A DNA stretch of 64,000 bases from an uncultured Bacteroidota bacterium (GTDB lineage Bacteria; Bacteroidota; Ignavibacteria; Kryptoniales; JAKASW01): the NCBI GenBank assembly GCA_963704305.1, contig OY969888.1, positions 1,264,830 through 1,328,829 of the forward strand, read 5' to 3'. Both the position numbers and the translations under genes were made by a program. The notes below the pieces were generated by a model, which was not told where the DNA came from, ran no database searches, and saw only the letters and a list, made by a program, of their open reading frames with translations. Positions 27,371 through 37,029 of this stretch are shown here, piece by piece (the first letter of the stretch is position 1; each line of letters starts with the position of its first letter).

Positions 27371-29743
27371 TCAGAGGATGCTGCTCAACCCAACCGTGAA
27401 GAAAAGATCGCGCGGCCTGCTGAGACGATATGTCAGGTCGGCGCGAATGAGTCCGAAGATCTTCCCAATTCCGATGCCGGCCTCGTAATACCAGCCGTTC
27501 GTTGTTGAGAGTCCATTCATCCACGATTGAGCCGCGGCACCATCCACGAGAACTTCCATGCCGCTCCGGTAAAGAAACGGAATGTCAAGCATGAGGAATG
27601 GTACATTCCGGAAGTTGTGCTCGACGGAGACCATGATGAATCTATCGCCTACAAACTCGCGCGGGTAAGCGCTCCTGAGAACTCCGAAAGTCTCGAATCG
27701 TCCAAGTTGTGAGTCGAGAACGAACTCACGCTGCGGCGGAAGTGTGCCGGTCGAAGTTCCGCCCGCAAAGCTGACCTGAAGCTGCGGCGGAAAGAGATAG
27801 CTTCTGAGGAAAGTCGAGAAGTGATACGACGCAGTCAGATAGTAACGACTGAAATTGAACTCACTGCCGGTTATGGATGGCGACGAATACTCAGCTGAGA
27901 GCTCGATGGCATTTGCTGAAACGAGCCCCAGAAGCGTTTTCTGTTCGCCGTACCTTACATCGAATTGCATACTCCGCATCTGTCCATCATCGATGGCAGG
28001 GTTCGCGCGATAAATGTGACCGAAAGTCATGATATTGAAATTAGTATGCTGGAACGCTGTTCTCTCTTGCTCAGACAAATATGAAATGGAAGCGGTGAAA
28101 CTATTAAACGGTTGAGTATTTAAAAATGCTTTCCATCCATACGTCATATAGTAATCCTGGTAGTCGTTTCGTCCGAAGAGCGAGAAGACGGAAGTCATTA
28201 TTGAAGGATAAAAATCACCGTCTGGAAAATGTGCGATGTCGCGGTAAACGTCTGCGCCAAGTTCCAGTTTATTCATCTTGATAAGCGGGTACACTACACC
28301 CAAATGCCATTTGAAAATCCTGTCTGATATCCCGTAACCGGCAGCGGCATTCACTCGCCAGCCCGTTGAGTAGATTGATGTACTTGCTCCTTCATTCCCG
28401 ATGGTGATCGAAACGTTCCGCTTGCCGGAAGTGTACGTGTACGTCCCGCCGAGAAAGAGCCCTTCTACCCGATCATATCTAATGTCCAGGTACTTAACGA
28501 ACGAGAGTGAGCTCCCACTGCCGAGGATCGATGCCGTCGCACCTGTCGGCTTAAATTGCTTCTGGAGTGTTTGTGTGCTGTCGAGGGTCTTGTAAGCTTT
28601 TTGTTCAACCGCTGTCAGTGGAAGAACTTCATGCGAGCTCCAGAACGTCGAATCATACCTGGTCGCATTTGAATCAACTACAAGCTGCCGCTTCGACTTC
28701 TTGAAAATCGAATCGGGTATTTCGGAATTTATCCGGTAATCATATATGACGGAAGTCTGATCAAAGACAATGTTCGGAAAGTTCAACCCCACAAGGCTTA
28801 CCTTTCCACCCATGTCAGCGATGATATCGGTCGGCATCCAGAACTTCTCGTCGTAAAGAGAATACCGTTGAGTGAAATTCAGTTTCAGATTGCTGACGAA
28901 AGGTATGTTGAGTGCTTCGTTCGGCTTGACATCGATCCCCACGACGGCATACGATGAATCAGCAATTGAGATTTGGCCGGCGAACAGCGGGACAATTCGC
29001 GAGTCAGGAATGATTTCTATGTCGTAAACTGTAACACCATCCTTTCTAAATGTCCTGATGAGTCTATACTTGTAGTGGTCAAGCGCGTCCTCCGCTATCG
29101 GCCCGACGAATTTGTAACCAATAATATCGATTATGTCGTCAGTGAAATTCACTATCTCGCCGACAGATGCAGTCATTAGCATCTCAGGAAGGTTTTTCGT
29201 CTCGCGCTTCTGGGATACGACTTCGCAGAGAGTATCTCCCTGCCGCCAAAAGCCATCGGTGTAAGATTCGGTGATGGCCGCAATCGAAGTGTCCCTGTAA
29301 AACATTTGCCGGGTGAATGCCTTGAACTCATACGAGTGCAGTAGTTTTGACCACTCGTGCTTTCTCGCTATCGCTCGACGGATGATCGCGTATGCCGGGT
29401 CCTCTGCAATGGACACAACTTCCGGCATTAATATCTCCGCAGGCTCCAGCTTCACATTACGAGAGATGTTACTGTTGAGAGTTACACGAAGGGAGTCGGT
29501 GCGATATCCGACATAGCTGAAAACGAGCGTGTAATCTCCAGCTGGGAGGGAGAGAAGATATGATCCGTCAAGGTTGGTGATTGTTCCCCTTGCCGATCCA
29601 GCGACACGCACATTTGCAGCAGCAATCGGTTCGCCGGACTTTGAATCCGTCACCCTTCCTCCGACGTTGTAGACTCCTTGAGCAAATGAAGCCGAAACGA
29701 AAATGAAAACCGCCAGAATTGACTTCGTGATATTATCAAGCAT
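27371..29743 (-). CDS. Outer-membrane protein with carboxypeptidase-like regulatory domain and DUF5686
   Basis: GRVTDSKSGEPIAAANV...GTITNLDGSY...FSYVGY; PAYAIIRRAIARK; C-terminal beta strands YYEAGIGIGKIF..IRADLTYR. Start refined to ATG at 29743. Confidence 0.8.
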   Translation of the reverse strand: MLDNITKSILAVFIFVSASFAQGVYNVGGRVTDSKSGEPIAAANVRVAGSARGTITNLDGSYLLSLPAGDYTLVFSYVGYRTDSLRVTLNSNISRNVKLEPAEILMPEVVSIAEDPAYAIIRRAIARKHEWSKLLHSYEFKAFTRQMFYRDTSIAAITESYTDGFWRQGDTLCEVVSQKRETKNLPEMLMTASVGEIVNFTDDIIDIIGYKFVGPIAEDALDHYKYRLIRTFRKDGVTVYDIEIIPDSRIVPLFAGQISIADSSYAVVGIDVKPNEALNIPFVSNLKLNFTQRYSLYDEKFWMPTDIIADMGGKVSLVGLNFPNIVFDQTSVIYDYRINSEIPDSIFKKSKRQLVVDSNATRYDSTFWSSHEVLPLTAVEQKAYKTLDSTQTLQKQFKPTGATASILGSGSSLSFVKYLDIRYDRVEGLFLGGTYTYTSGKRNVSITIGNEGASTSIYSTGWRVNAAAGYGISDRIFKWHLGVVYPLIKMNKLELGADVYRDIAHFPDGDFYPSIMTSVFSLFGRNDYQDYYMTYGWKAFLNTQPFNSFTASISYLSEQERTAFQHTNFNIMTFGHIYRANPAIDDGQMRSMQFDVRYGEQKTLLGLVSANAIELSAEYSSPSITGSEFNFSRYYLTASYHFSTFLRSYLFPPQLQVSFAGGTSTGTLPPQREFVLDSQLGRFETFGVLRSAYPREFVGDRFIMVSVEHNFRNVPFLMLDIPFLYRSGMEVLVDGAAAQSWMNGLSTTNGWYYEAGIGIGKIFGLIRADLTYRLSRPRDLFFTVGLSSIL

Positions 29744-29954
29744 GCCGATCACTCCTTTGAACAAATTACTAAAATCGGAGAAGAATGTTACCTGAACAAG
29801 AGGTGATTTTTGCTGCTCATCTCTTTGCACTTTAGCATCCGAGATACTCGGCGGCATGTGCCGGAGACAGGAACGATGGTGGTCTGGCTGCCCGGCGGCC
29901 GGCTTCCGGTCTCGTGAGCAGCTGAATCCGAGCGATTTCCCGATTAAAACCGAT

Positions 29955-31289
29955 TCAAGACACGACGATCCGTTCCAATTCCTCCAGCGATTTGCCTTTG
30001 GTCTCAGGCATCACCTTCCACACGAAGAAGAAGAATGGAATCATCATGACAGCAAAGAACATAAACACATTGCCGCCGCCGAAGCTCGTGAGCGCGATCG
30101 GGAACACGAGGCCGATTATCGCGTTCATTATCCAGTGAGTAAACGACCCGAGCGCCTGCCCCTTCGAACGCACCTTGTTAGGGAATATCTCTGCGAGGAA
30201 CACCCAGATGACGGCACCCTGTGAGAAGGCAAAGAATGCTATGAAGCCGACTATGAACACTACCACGCCTGTGCTGCCGAAAAGAGTTTCATCATAATAG
30301 TGAATTGCAGCACCCGACAAAGACAGGAACATCCCCACCGCACCGACCAGAAGAAGTGTCTTGCGTCCGAACTTGTCGATGAAGAACATCGCTATTATGG
30401 TAAAGATCATATTGGTTATCCCCACGGCCACAGCCTGGAGCATTGCTGCATTCGTGCTCGCGCCGGCTTTCTCGAATATCATCGGCGCATAATACATTAT
30501 GACATTAATGCCGGACAACTGGTTGAAAACTGCGAGCAGCACCGCACACATAATTACAAAAGTGTATTTCTTCTGCAGCAGCTTTGTCATGCCCTGACCG
30601 CCCTCCTGCTTCAATGAACTTATGATATCAGCAAGCTCGGCTTCCACATTTGCTGCTCCCACATTCTCAAGAACAGTCTTAGCCTTTTCAACCTCGTTCT
30701 TCTTCACGAGCCATCGCGGACTTTCCGGAACGAAGAAGAGTAACAGGAAAAACAACGCGGCCGGTATTGCCATTACTCCGAACATCCAACGCCAGTTGTC
30801 CGCTCCGACGTTCACGAGAAGATAATTCGAAAAGAACGCCACGAGAATACCAAGCACGATGTTAAACTGCGCAACTGCGACCAACCTTCCTCTCAATCTC
30901 CCGGGTGAAATTTCTGCGATATACATTGGTGCCATGACCGACGCGGCCCCAATAGCCAGGCCGCCGAGAAATCTCGCCGCCAGGAGCGTGTACCAGCCCG
31001 CGGCCAATGCGCAACCGAGAGCGGAGATGAAGTACAACGCGCCGCATACAGAGAGCATGAGCCGTCTTCCAAACATATCTCCAGGCTTTCCGACCGCGAT
31101 CGAGCCGATTACAGTGCCCCAGAGCGCAATCGAAACCGTCATCCCGAGGGTAGCATCGGTTAGATTGAAAAAGTGGGTGATGAACTTCGTCGTCCCCGAG
31201 ATAACGGCTGTATCAAAACCGAAGAGAAAGCTGCCGACCGCCGAGACTACCGTTGCGAACAGAAGGTTCCTATTCATCGTGTGCACCAT
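29955..31289 (-). CDS. Sugar porter (MFS) family transporter
   Basis: GSFLFGFDTAVISG, DMFGRR, PMYIAEISP..RG, PESPRWL, NQLSGINVIMYYAP, DKFGRK, EIFP, PETKGKSLEE. Confidence 0.95.
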   Translation of the reverse strand: MVHTMNRNLLFATVVSAVGSFLFGFDTAVISGTTKFITHFFNLTDATLGMTVSIALWGTVIGSIAVGKPGDMFGRRLMLSVCGALYFISALGCALAAGWYTLLAARFLGGLAIGAASVMAPMYIAEISPGRLRGRLVAVAQFNIVLGILVAFFSNYLLVNVGADNWRWMFGVMAIPAALFFLLLFFVPESPRWLVKKNEVEKAKTVLENVGAANVEAELADIISSLKQEGGQGMTKLLQKKYTFVIMCAVLLAVFNQLSGINVIMYYAPMIFEKAGASTNAAMLQAVAVGITNMIFTIIAMFFIDKFGRKTLLLVGAVGMFLSLSGAAIHYYDETLFGSTGVVVFIVGFIAFFAFSQGAVIWVFLAEIFPNKVRSKGQALGSFTHWIMNAIIGLVFPIALTSFGGGNVFMFFAVMMIPFFFFVWKVMPETKGKSLEELERIVVS

Positions 31290-31676
31290 TAATTTGATCT
31301 AATGAAACTACCAGGGTCAGTTTGACTTGTCGAAGGGTTTCGTTACTCACGTCGTTCAACACCGGAGTTCGCAGGCATTCATCCGTCTGTGCATCGGGAC
31401 GTGATGTAGCTGAGTCATCACTCGACTTGTACAAGGGTGGTAATATGGATCAAGCTTTGAATCGTAATGGCTAATATATAATCGCCGACATAATTGTTCA
31501 AAGCTGCCAGCTTTCGTTGACTTGCGAGAAGAATGGAGTCGATATTCATAAGTTGAATATCATTTCGGAACTTTTCCCTGACGGGACATGCCCCGCCACT
31601 GTCCTGACAATCTTGCCGGGTCACTGAGGTTCCCCAATCGGGATATCAGTCTTCAGTTGGAGTGGTCTGTGAGGCG

Positions 31677-32879
31677 TCAATCCTGAACGAAAGAGATCAG
31701 TCCATAGATGATTTCCGTCCCGGGCCTGAGGTTGCACTCATATATCGGGGGAATAGTGCCAGTTTCCTTGTGGTATGCTTCCTGGATTTTTCTCCTGAAT
31801 TCCTCAACCGAGCGTCCTTCGACGAGATTCAACGTGCAACCTCCGAAACCTCCACCCATCATCCTTGCTCCGAGTACCCCGTCAATTTCCAATGCAGCAT
31901 CGACAAGCACGTCGAGTTCCCTGCAGGTCACTTCGTACTTGTCTCTCAAACCCTCATGCGAAGCGTACAGGAGCGCACCGAACCGAGTGTAATCGTCACG
32001 CCGCAAACACTCGCGCGCAGCGTTTACCCGAGCATTCTCCTCAAGCACGTACAGACAGCGTTTGTAGACTGTGCCATCCAACTCCACCGCATGCTCCTTC
32101 AACAATTCCGGACTTACGTCGCGGAGGCTGTGAACGTAAGGAGCATACTTCTTCACGATGCTCACCCCTTTTTCACATTGTCGTCTTCTCAGATTATACT
32201 CTGAAGATGCCAGACTTCGCTTCACGCCCGTGTCGCACAGGACAAATCTCAGGTCCTTTCTGGTGAAAGGAATGTATTCGTAATCGAGACTCCTGCAATC
32301 GAGATGCAGTGCGGATCCGCCTTTGCTCAACAGGCTCGCGAACTGATCCATGATGCCGCACTTTACTCCGACGAATTCATTCTCGGCGCGCTGCGCGATC
32401 TTCGCAAGCTCGACCCGCCGCAGGCCCAGGTTGAACACTGCATTCAAGGCAAACGCCAGCCCGGCTTCCAATGCAGCCGAGGAAGACATTCCTGCTCCTA
32501 TAGGGATATCACCGGCGAATAAACATTCGAAACCGTTTAATTGAAAGCCTGCCTTGCTTAGTTCGTCAACGATACCGATGAGGTAGTTGGCCCAACCCTT
32601 GTCGGATTTTACCGGCCGCCGTGAGTCGAAATAACAATCTTCACCAAAATCCACAGACCGAATTTGGACGTTATGGTCTGATCTCGGTGCAAGCGCAAGA
32701 CAGATCGCGCGGTCTATGGCGGATGGAAGTACAAATCCTTCGTTGTAATCCGTGTGCTCGCCGATCAGATTTATTCGACCTGGCGACCTCACCACCACCA
32801 TTTGTTCACTTTGACCAAATGTCCTGATGAACTCATTCCTTACAGAGCCTGCTATCTCCAGTTTTGATTCCAAATGCAA
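31677..32879 (-). CDS. galK: Galactokinase (copy 1, inside the PUL)
   Basis: SPGRINLIGEHTDYNEG, PIGAGMSSSAA, CGIMDQF, GARMMGGGFGGC. Confidence 0.95.
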   Translation of the reverse strand: MHLESKLEIAGSVRNEFIRTFGQSEQMVVVRSPGRINLIGEHTDYNEGFVLPSAIDRAICLALAPRSDHNVQIRSVDFGEDCYFDSRRPVKSDKGWANYLIGIVDELSKAGFQLNGFECLFAGDIPIGAGMSSSAALEAGLAFALNAVFNLGLRRVELAKIAQRAENEFVGVKCGIMDQFASLLSKGGSALHLDCRSLDYEYIPFTRKDLRFVLCDTGVKRSLASSEYNLRRRQCEKGVSIVKKYAPYVHSLRDVSPELLKEHAVELDGTVYKRCLYVLEENARVNAARECLRRDDYTRFGALLYASHEGLRDKYEVTCRELDVLVDAALEIDGVLGARMMGGGFGGCTLNLVEGRSVEEFRRKIQEAYHKETGTIPPIYECNLRPGTEIIYGLISFVQD

Positions 32880-33024
32880 TTACTCCAATCTAAATGCGAC
32901 AAATCTTCATGTGTGTTTCAGCGCCGTCTCTCGAATTCTGTTTTACTTCAGTTCCTATCGTGGTACACTCCCTTGAAGCTGGTACACGAGATGGTGGAAC
33001 GTCGAGTCATTCAACGCGAATCCT

Positions 33025-35532
33025 TCATTTTCCAACAATCGGTTTCAGATGAGATGGCCGTGAAGCGATTGTGATTGTTGCGGTTCTTAGCCCATCGCTG
33101 GAAGCTGTCAGCCTGATGTTGCCCGGTTTGCGGTCAGACAGAACGACAGCTACACATTTGCCGTTATACAGCTTTCGTTGATACTTGCCGTCAGGATATT
33201 TGTCGGGCTCATGACTGCTGGGATTGCCATTACCGACACCAATTATCTCCCCTTCACCTTCGGCACCGAACTGAATCAGGTTATCAGCCGTCGGGACTTC
33301 TCTGCCAAGCGAGTCGACGACGGTGGCGGTGACAACTGAGACATCTTCACCATTCGCATTTATCGTGTCGCGATCAGAACTGAGCTTGATGACAACAGGC
33401 TCACCGGTCGTCTCCTCCTTAGCTGTCAACATCTTACCGCTTCTCCACCCATGGGCATCAAGCGTACCGGGTTCGTAGCTCACCGTCCACTCAAGGTGTG
33501 AATCTCTTTGCATGACTTTTGTCCCAAGGCTTTTTCCGTTGAGGAACAGTTCGACACTGTCGCAGTTGCTAAAGCACCAGACATCTATGGGCTGGCCTTT
33601 CCCGTGAACGGGATCTTCGACCTTCCCCTTCCAATTCCAGTGTGGGAAGATGTGAAGTACGTTTTTGTCGCTCCACCATGACTGGTAATAGTAGAAATTG
33701 TTCTTGGGAAAGCCGCACATGTCCATGATACCGAAATTAGAATTGATGTCGGGCCATTCGTAAGGAGTCGGCTCGCCGCGGTAATCGAAACCGGTCCACA
33801 CGAAGCCGCCAGCGAGATACTTATGCTCGTCGTAGAACCTCCACCACTCCTCGGCCGTCGCACCCCATGGCGGTGCATTGACATCGTAGTCGCTGACATA
33901 ACCCTTGGTGCTATCTTTTGCATATTCGCCTCGTGTAGAGACAGTGCTTGCTGTCTCGGTCCCGATCAGCGGTTGGTCGGGATGGTCCAGGTGGTACTGC
34001 TCGATGACGCTGGTTCTGTAATTGAAACCTCGCACCGGGATGACGCTGTTTACGGCATGTTCGTATGCAGCGCCGTCGTTTGCTGCAAAGGTGCAAGTCC
34101 TGGAAGGATCGATTCGCTCTTGGATCCCTATCAGTGTCTTCGCTATTCTGACTCCCACTTCTCTATCTTGCACACCCCATTCTTCATTTCCGATCGACCA
34201 AAGAATGACCGACGGATGATTCCTGTCACGGAGGATCAACCTTCCGAACTGCGAAATGTATTCGGGCGAACTGTTGAGTAGCCTGTTCTCGTCCATCACG
34301 AGCATGCCGAGCTTGTCGCAGGCATCGAGGAGTTCTGGTGTCGGAGGATTGTGACTTGTCCTAATCGCGTTGGATCCCATCTCTTTCAATTTCCGGATGC
34401 GATAATATTGCAGACCATCCGGCAAGGCGGTCCCGACCCCGGCGTAATCCTGATGGTTGCAGGTTCCCTTGATCTCCACTCGTTTTCCATTAAGAAAGAA
34501 TCCGTTGTCTTTGTCCCATCGAAGAGTTCTTATGCCAAAATTTGTCTCGACTCTATCTACAACTTTGTCGCCGGATTTCACGATCGAGACAAGCTTGTAA
34601 ATGTATGGTTTTTCCAACGACCATAGTTCGGGATGGTCCACAGAAATAGTTTGGCTGACAGTTTTCTCTTCATCCGGATTCAGTTTGCTTCCACCTGCTG
34701 ACGTGCTACCCAGAATCTTCCCGTGGTTGTCCATGATAATTGATTCAAGGTCAAATCTCCCAACGGACTCTCCGCCGTTGCTGACCTTCGTTTCTATGGC
34801 CAATGTCGCCTTGTTTCCATCTATCGATTTCGTTCTGATGTATGCGCCATACTTCGGAATGTGCAACGACGCAGTTTTAATCAACCATACATGTCTGTAA
34901 ATACCCGCACCTTCATAGAACCAACCTTCATAGTTTGTGGCATCGACCCGGACCACGAGAACGTTTTTCTCGCCATAGTTTATGAAGTTCGTTACATCGA
35001 AAAAGAATTCTGAATATCCGCTCATATTCTTCCCGACAAAATTGCCGTTCAACCAGACAATGCAATTCCTGAACACGCCGTCGAATTTTATGACGATTCT
35101 TTTTCCAACATCCTGTGTCGGGACAGTAAACGAATTCCTGTACCAGCCAATCGAGGTCGAAGGAAATTCTCCGCCGAGGGGTTTGTATCCATGTCCCATC
35201 ACGGCGTAGTCGTTGACATCGACAAAGGGAAGATAGACTGCCCAATCATGCGGCAAATTGACCGTCTGCCAGGAACTGTCGTTAAACCGAGGGCTGATTG
35301 CCCCGGGTCCGATTCCTTCCTTCGCAAAGATTTCGTCTGTTTCATACCCGAAGTCTTCCTGCGGATCTGCAGAATTCCCCAGATGAAATTTCCAGTTGTA
35401 ATCCATAAGAAGTTTCTGCCGTACGGTCGGAGCGCTCACATCAGCGGTTCTGACGCCGCCTCCTTGAGCTCCGAAAACAGAAAGTATTGACATGAAAAGA
35501 ATCGCTAGTGTCGCGGAAATCTGTCGAACCAT
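33025..35532 (-). CDS. GH2 beta-galactosidase (DUF4982-containing)
   Basis: Signal peptide, VNLPHDW, FDGVFRN, WFYEGAGIYRHVW, GTCNHQD, AIRTSHNPP, RDRNHPSVILWSIGNE, WTGFDYRGEP. Confidence 0.93.
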   Translation of the reverse strand: MVRQISATLAILFMSILSVFGAQGGGVRTADVSAPTVRQKLLMDYNWKFHLGNSADPQEDFGYETDEIFAKEGIGPGAISPRFNDSSWQTVNLPHDWAVYLPFVDVNDYAVMGHGYKPLGGEFPSTSIGWYRNSFTVPTQDVGKRIVIKFDGVFRNCIVWLNGNFVGKNMSGYSEFFFDVTNFINYGEKNVLVVRVDATNYEGWFYEGAGIYRHVWLIKTASLHIPKYGAYIRTKSIDGNKATLAIETKVSNGGESVGRFDLESIIMDNHGKILGSTSAGGSKLNPDEEKTVSQTISVDHPELWSLEKPYIYKLVSIVKSGDKVVDRVETNFGIRTLRWDKDNGFFLNGKRVEIKGTCNHQDYAGVGTALPDGLQYYRIRKLKEMGSNAIRTSHNPPTPELLDACDKLGMLVMDENRLLNSSPEYISQFGRLILRDRNHPSVILWSIGNEEWGVQDREVGVRIAKTLIGIQERIDPSRTCTFAANDGAAYEHAVNSVIPVRGFNYRTSVIEQYHLDHPDQPLIGTETASTVSTRGEYAKDSTKGYVSDYDVNAPPWGATAEEWWRFYDEHKYLAGGFVWTGFDYRGEPTPYEWPDINSNFGIMDMCGFPKNNFYYYQSWWSDKNVLHIFPHWNWKGKVEDPVHGKGQPIDVWCFSNCDSVELFLNGKSLGTKVMQRDSHLEWTVSYEPGTLDAHGWRSGKMLTAKEETTGEPVVIKLSSDRDTINANGEDVSVVTATVVDSLGREVPTADNLIQFGAEGEGEIIGVGNGNPSSHEPDKYPDGKYQRKLYNGKCVAVVLSDRKPGNIRLTASSDGLRTATITIASRPSHLKPIVGK

Positions 35533-35592
35533 TTCAGTTCTCCCTATCTTTTAGTTTATCCAACGAGTAACTCGAGTCCAGACTCTTCGACT

Positions 35593-36924
35593 TTATTTTA
35601 ACAGAAGAATTTTCCTAATTGACCAGTAGCTTTCGGAACTCGTCGGTTCCGCCGATGGCGTCCCTTCGGGAGACTCCACTTTCGCGACGAGTCTGCAGAA
35701 ATACACACCGCTCGGGACATCATTCGCTGACCACGTCACATCATGGTATCCCCTGGTTTGATACCCGTTGACAATCCGACTCACCTCCTGGCCGAGCACA
35801 TTATAAATATCAATTGAGATGCTTGAAGCCACCGGGAGTGCGAATTCGATTGTCGTGCTTGGATTGAATGGATTCGGGTAAATATTGAAATCGTACCCGG
35901 GAACGCTCCTCGTCGGTCTAACCAGAGTAGCACTTATTCCCAGGAAGGCATCCATGGCGGCTGTCGGCTCTTCGGTTTTAGGATCCCATGCCCCGAGCTG
36001 ATATCCCTGCCAGTTATAACTTTCAGGTTCCCAATAGAATACGCCGAGCCCGCCGACGGATTTTGTTTTTGATATAAGATCTAACAAGTAATGATTCGCG
36101 TTGACCGGATCATTGTAGACGTAGCCTGCCTCTGCCACCATTACTTTCGTTTGATATCTTGCGATCACGTCTTTCATTGTTATTAGTGCCAGGCTATCAT
36201 CATTGGCCCAGGGTAAATTGGCCCAATAGGGATACACAGACATTCCAACGATGTCCCACTTCGCGCCATTGGCTTTGAGACCATCGAACATCCATCTATA
36301 CATCGCATCGTCATGCCCGTTTGACAGATGAACAATTACCTGGATTGAGCTGTCGACAGCCTTAGCAGCAGCGTAACCTGTGTCGATCATCCTGGCAAAA
36401 TTAGCCATGTGAGTTGAAGCCATTCCATCCGGCCATAACATACCATTGTTTGTTTCATTTCCGATCTGCACCCATTTAGGAATTACGCCGAGTGATTTGA
36501 GTGTATCCAGCACGCCGTAAATATGATCATAAAGGTCCGTGAGCAGTTTGGGTAGAGAATCGTTTGCCCAGGCTGCCGGCTTGGTTTGGCGCGATGGGTC
36601 AGCCCAGGTGTCGCTGCAATGAAAGTCTATCAGCACATTGAAACCCATGCTGTCGGCACGGTGAGCCATGTATGCCACATCCCTTTTATCGCAGTAGTCA
36701 CCGCTCGGATTGACCCATACTCTGAACCTGAGTGCATTGATCCCTTTTTCTTTCAAGATATCCAGGCAGTTCTTCTGAATTCCCGAATTGTCTTTGAATA
36801 CGTACCCCTGAGTCTCCATTTGCGATAGCCATCCCACATCCGCGCCATTTGCGAATTGTGCCCTTATCTCAAGCGGACAAATCAGCATCAAACAGAAGAG
36901 GACCAATCCGCGATATGTATTCAT
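35593..36924 (-). CDS. GH53 endo-beta-1,4-galactanase with T9SS C-terminal sorting domain
   Basis: GADVGWLSQME, LRFRVWVNP, IDFHCSDTWADP..Q.KP, VQIGNETNNG, GVFYWEPE; CTD YPNPFNPSTTI...SGVYFCRL...KILLLK. Confidence 0.92.
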   Translation of the reverse strand: MNTYRGLVLFCLMLICPLEIRAQFANGADVGWLSQMETQGYVFKDNSGIQKNCLDILKEKGINALRFRVWVNPSGDYCDKRDVAYMAHRADSMGFNVLIDFHCSDTWADPSRQTKPAAWANDSLPKLLTDLYDHIYGVLDTLKSLGVIPKWVQIGNETNNGMLWPDGMASTHMANFARMIDTGYAAAKAVDSSIQVIVHLSNGHDDAMYRWMFDGLKANGAKWDIVGMSVYPYWANLPWANDDSLALITMKDVIARYQTKVMVAEAGYVYNDPVNANHYLLDLISKTKSVGGLGVFYWEPESYNWQGYQLGAWDPKTEEPTAAMDAFLGISATLVRPTRSVPGYDFNIYPNPFNPSTTIEFALPVASSISIDIYNVLGQEVSRIVNGYQTRGYHDVTWSANDVPSGVYFCRLVAKVESPEGTPSAEPTSSESYWSIRKILLLK

Positions 36925-37029
36925 CGTAGTGTTGGAACGAACGCACACTATTGTTTTTGTTCCTCTTGATCCCGATTGCCCAATCAACAAATCATCTCTC
37001 ATATCTCTACCCATTCCTTTCTCGTTTTC

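Noticed and set aside
31418-31624. 68-aa ORF between galK and the sugar porter
   Set aside because: No recognisable family or RBS; may be non-coding or a remnant and cannot be supported.
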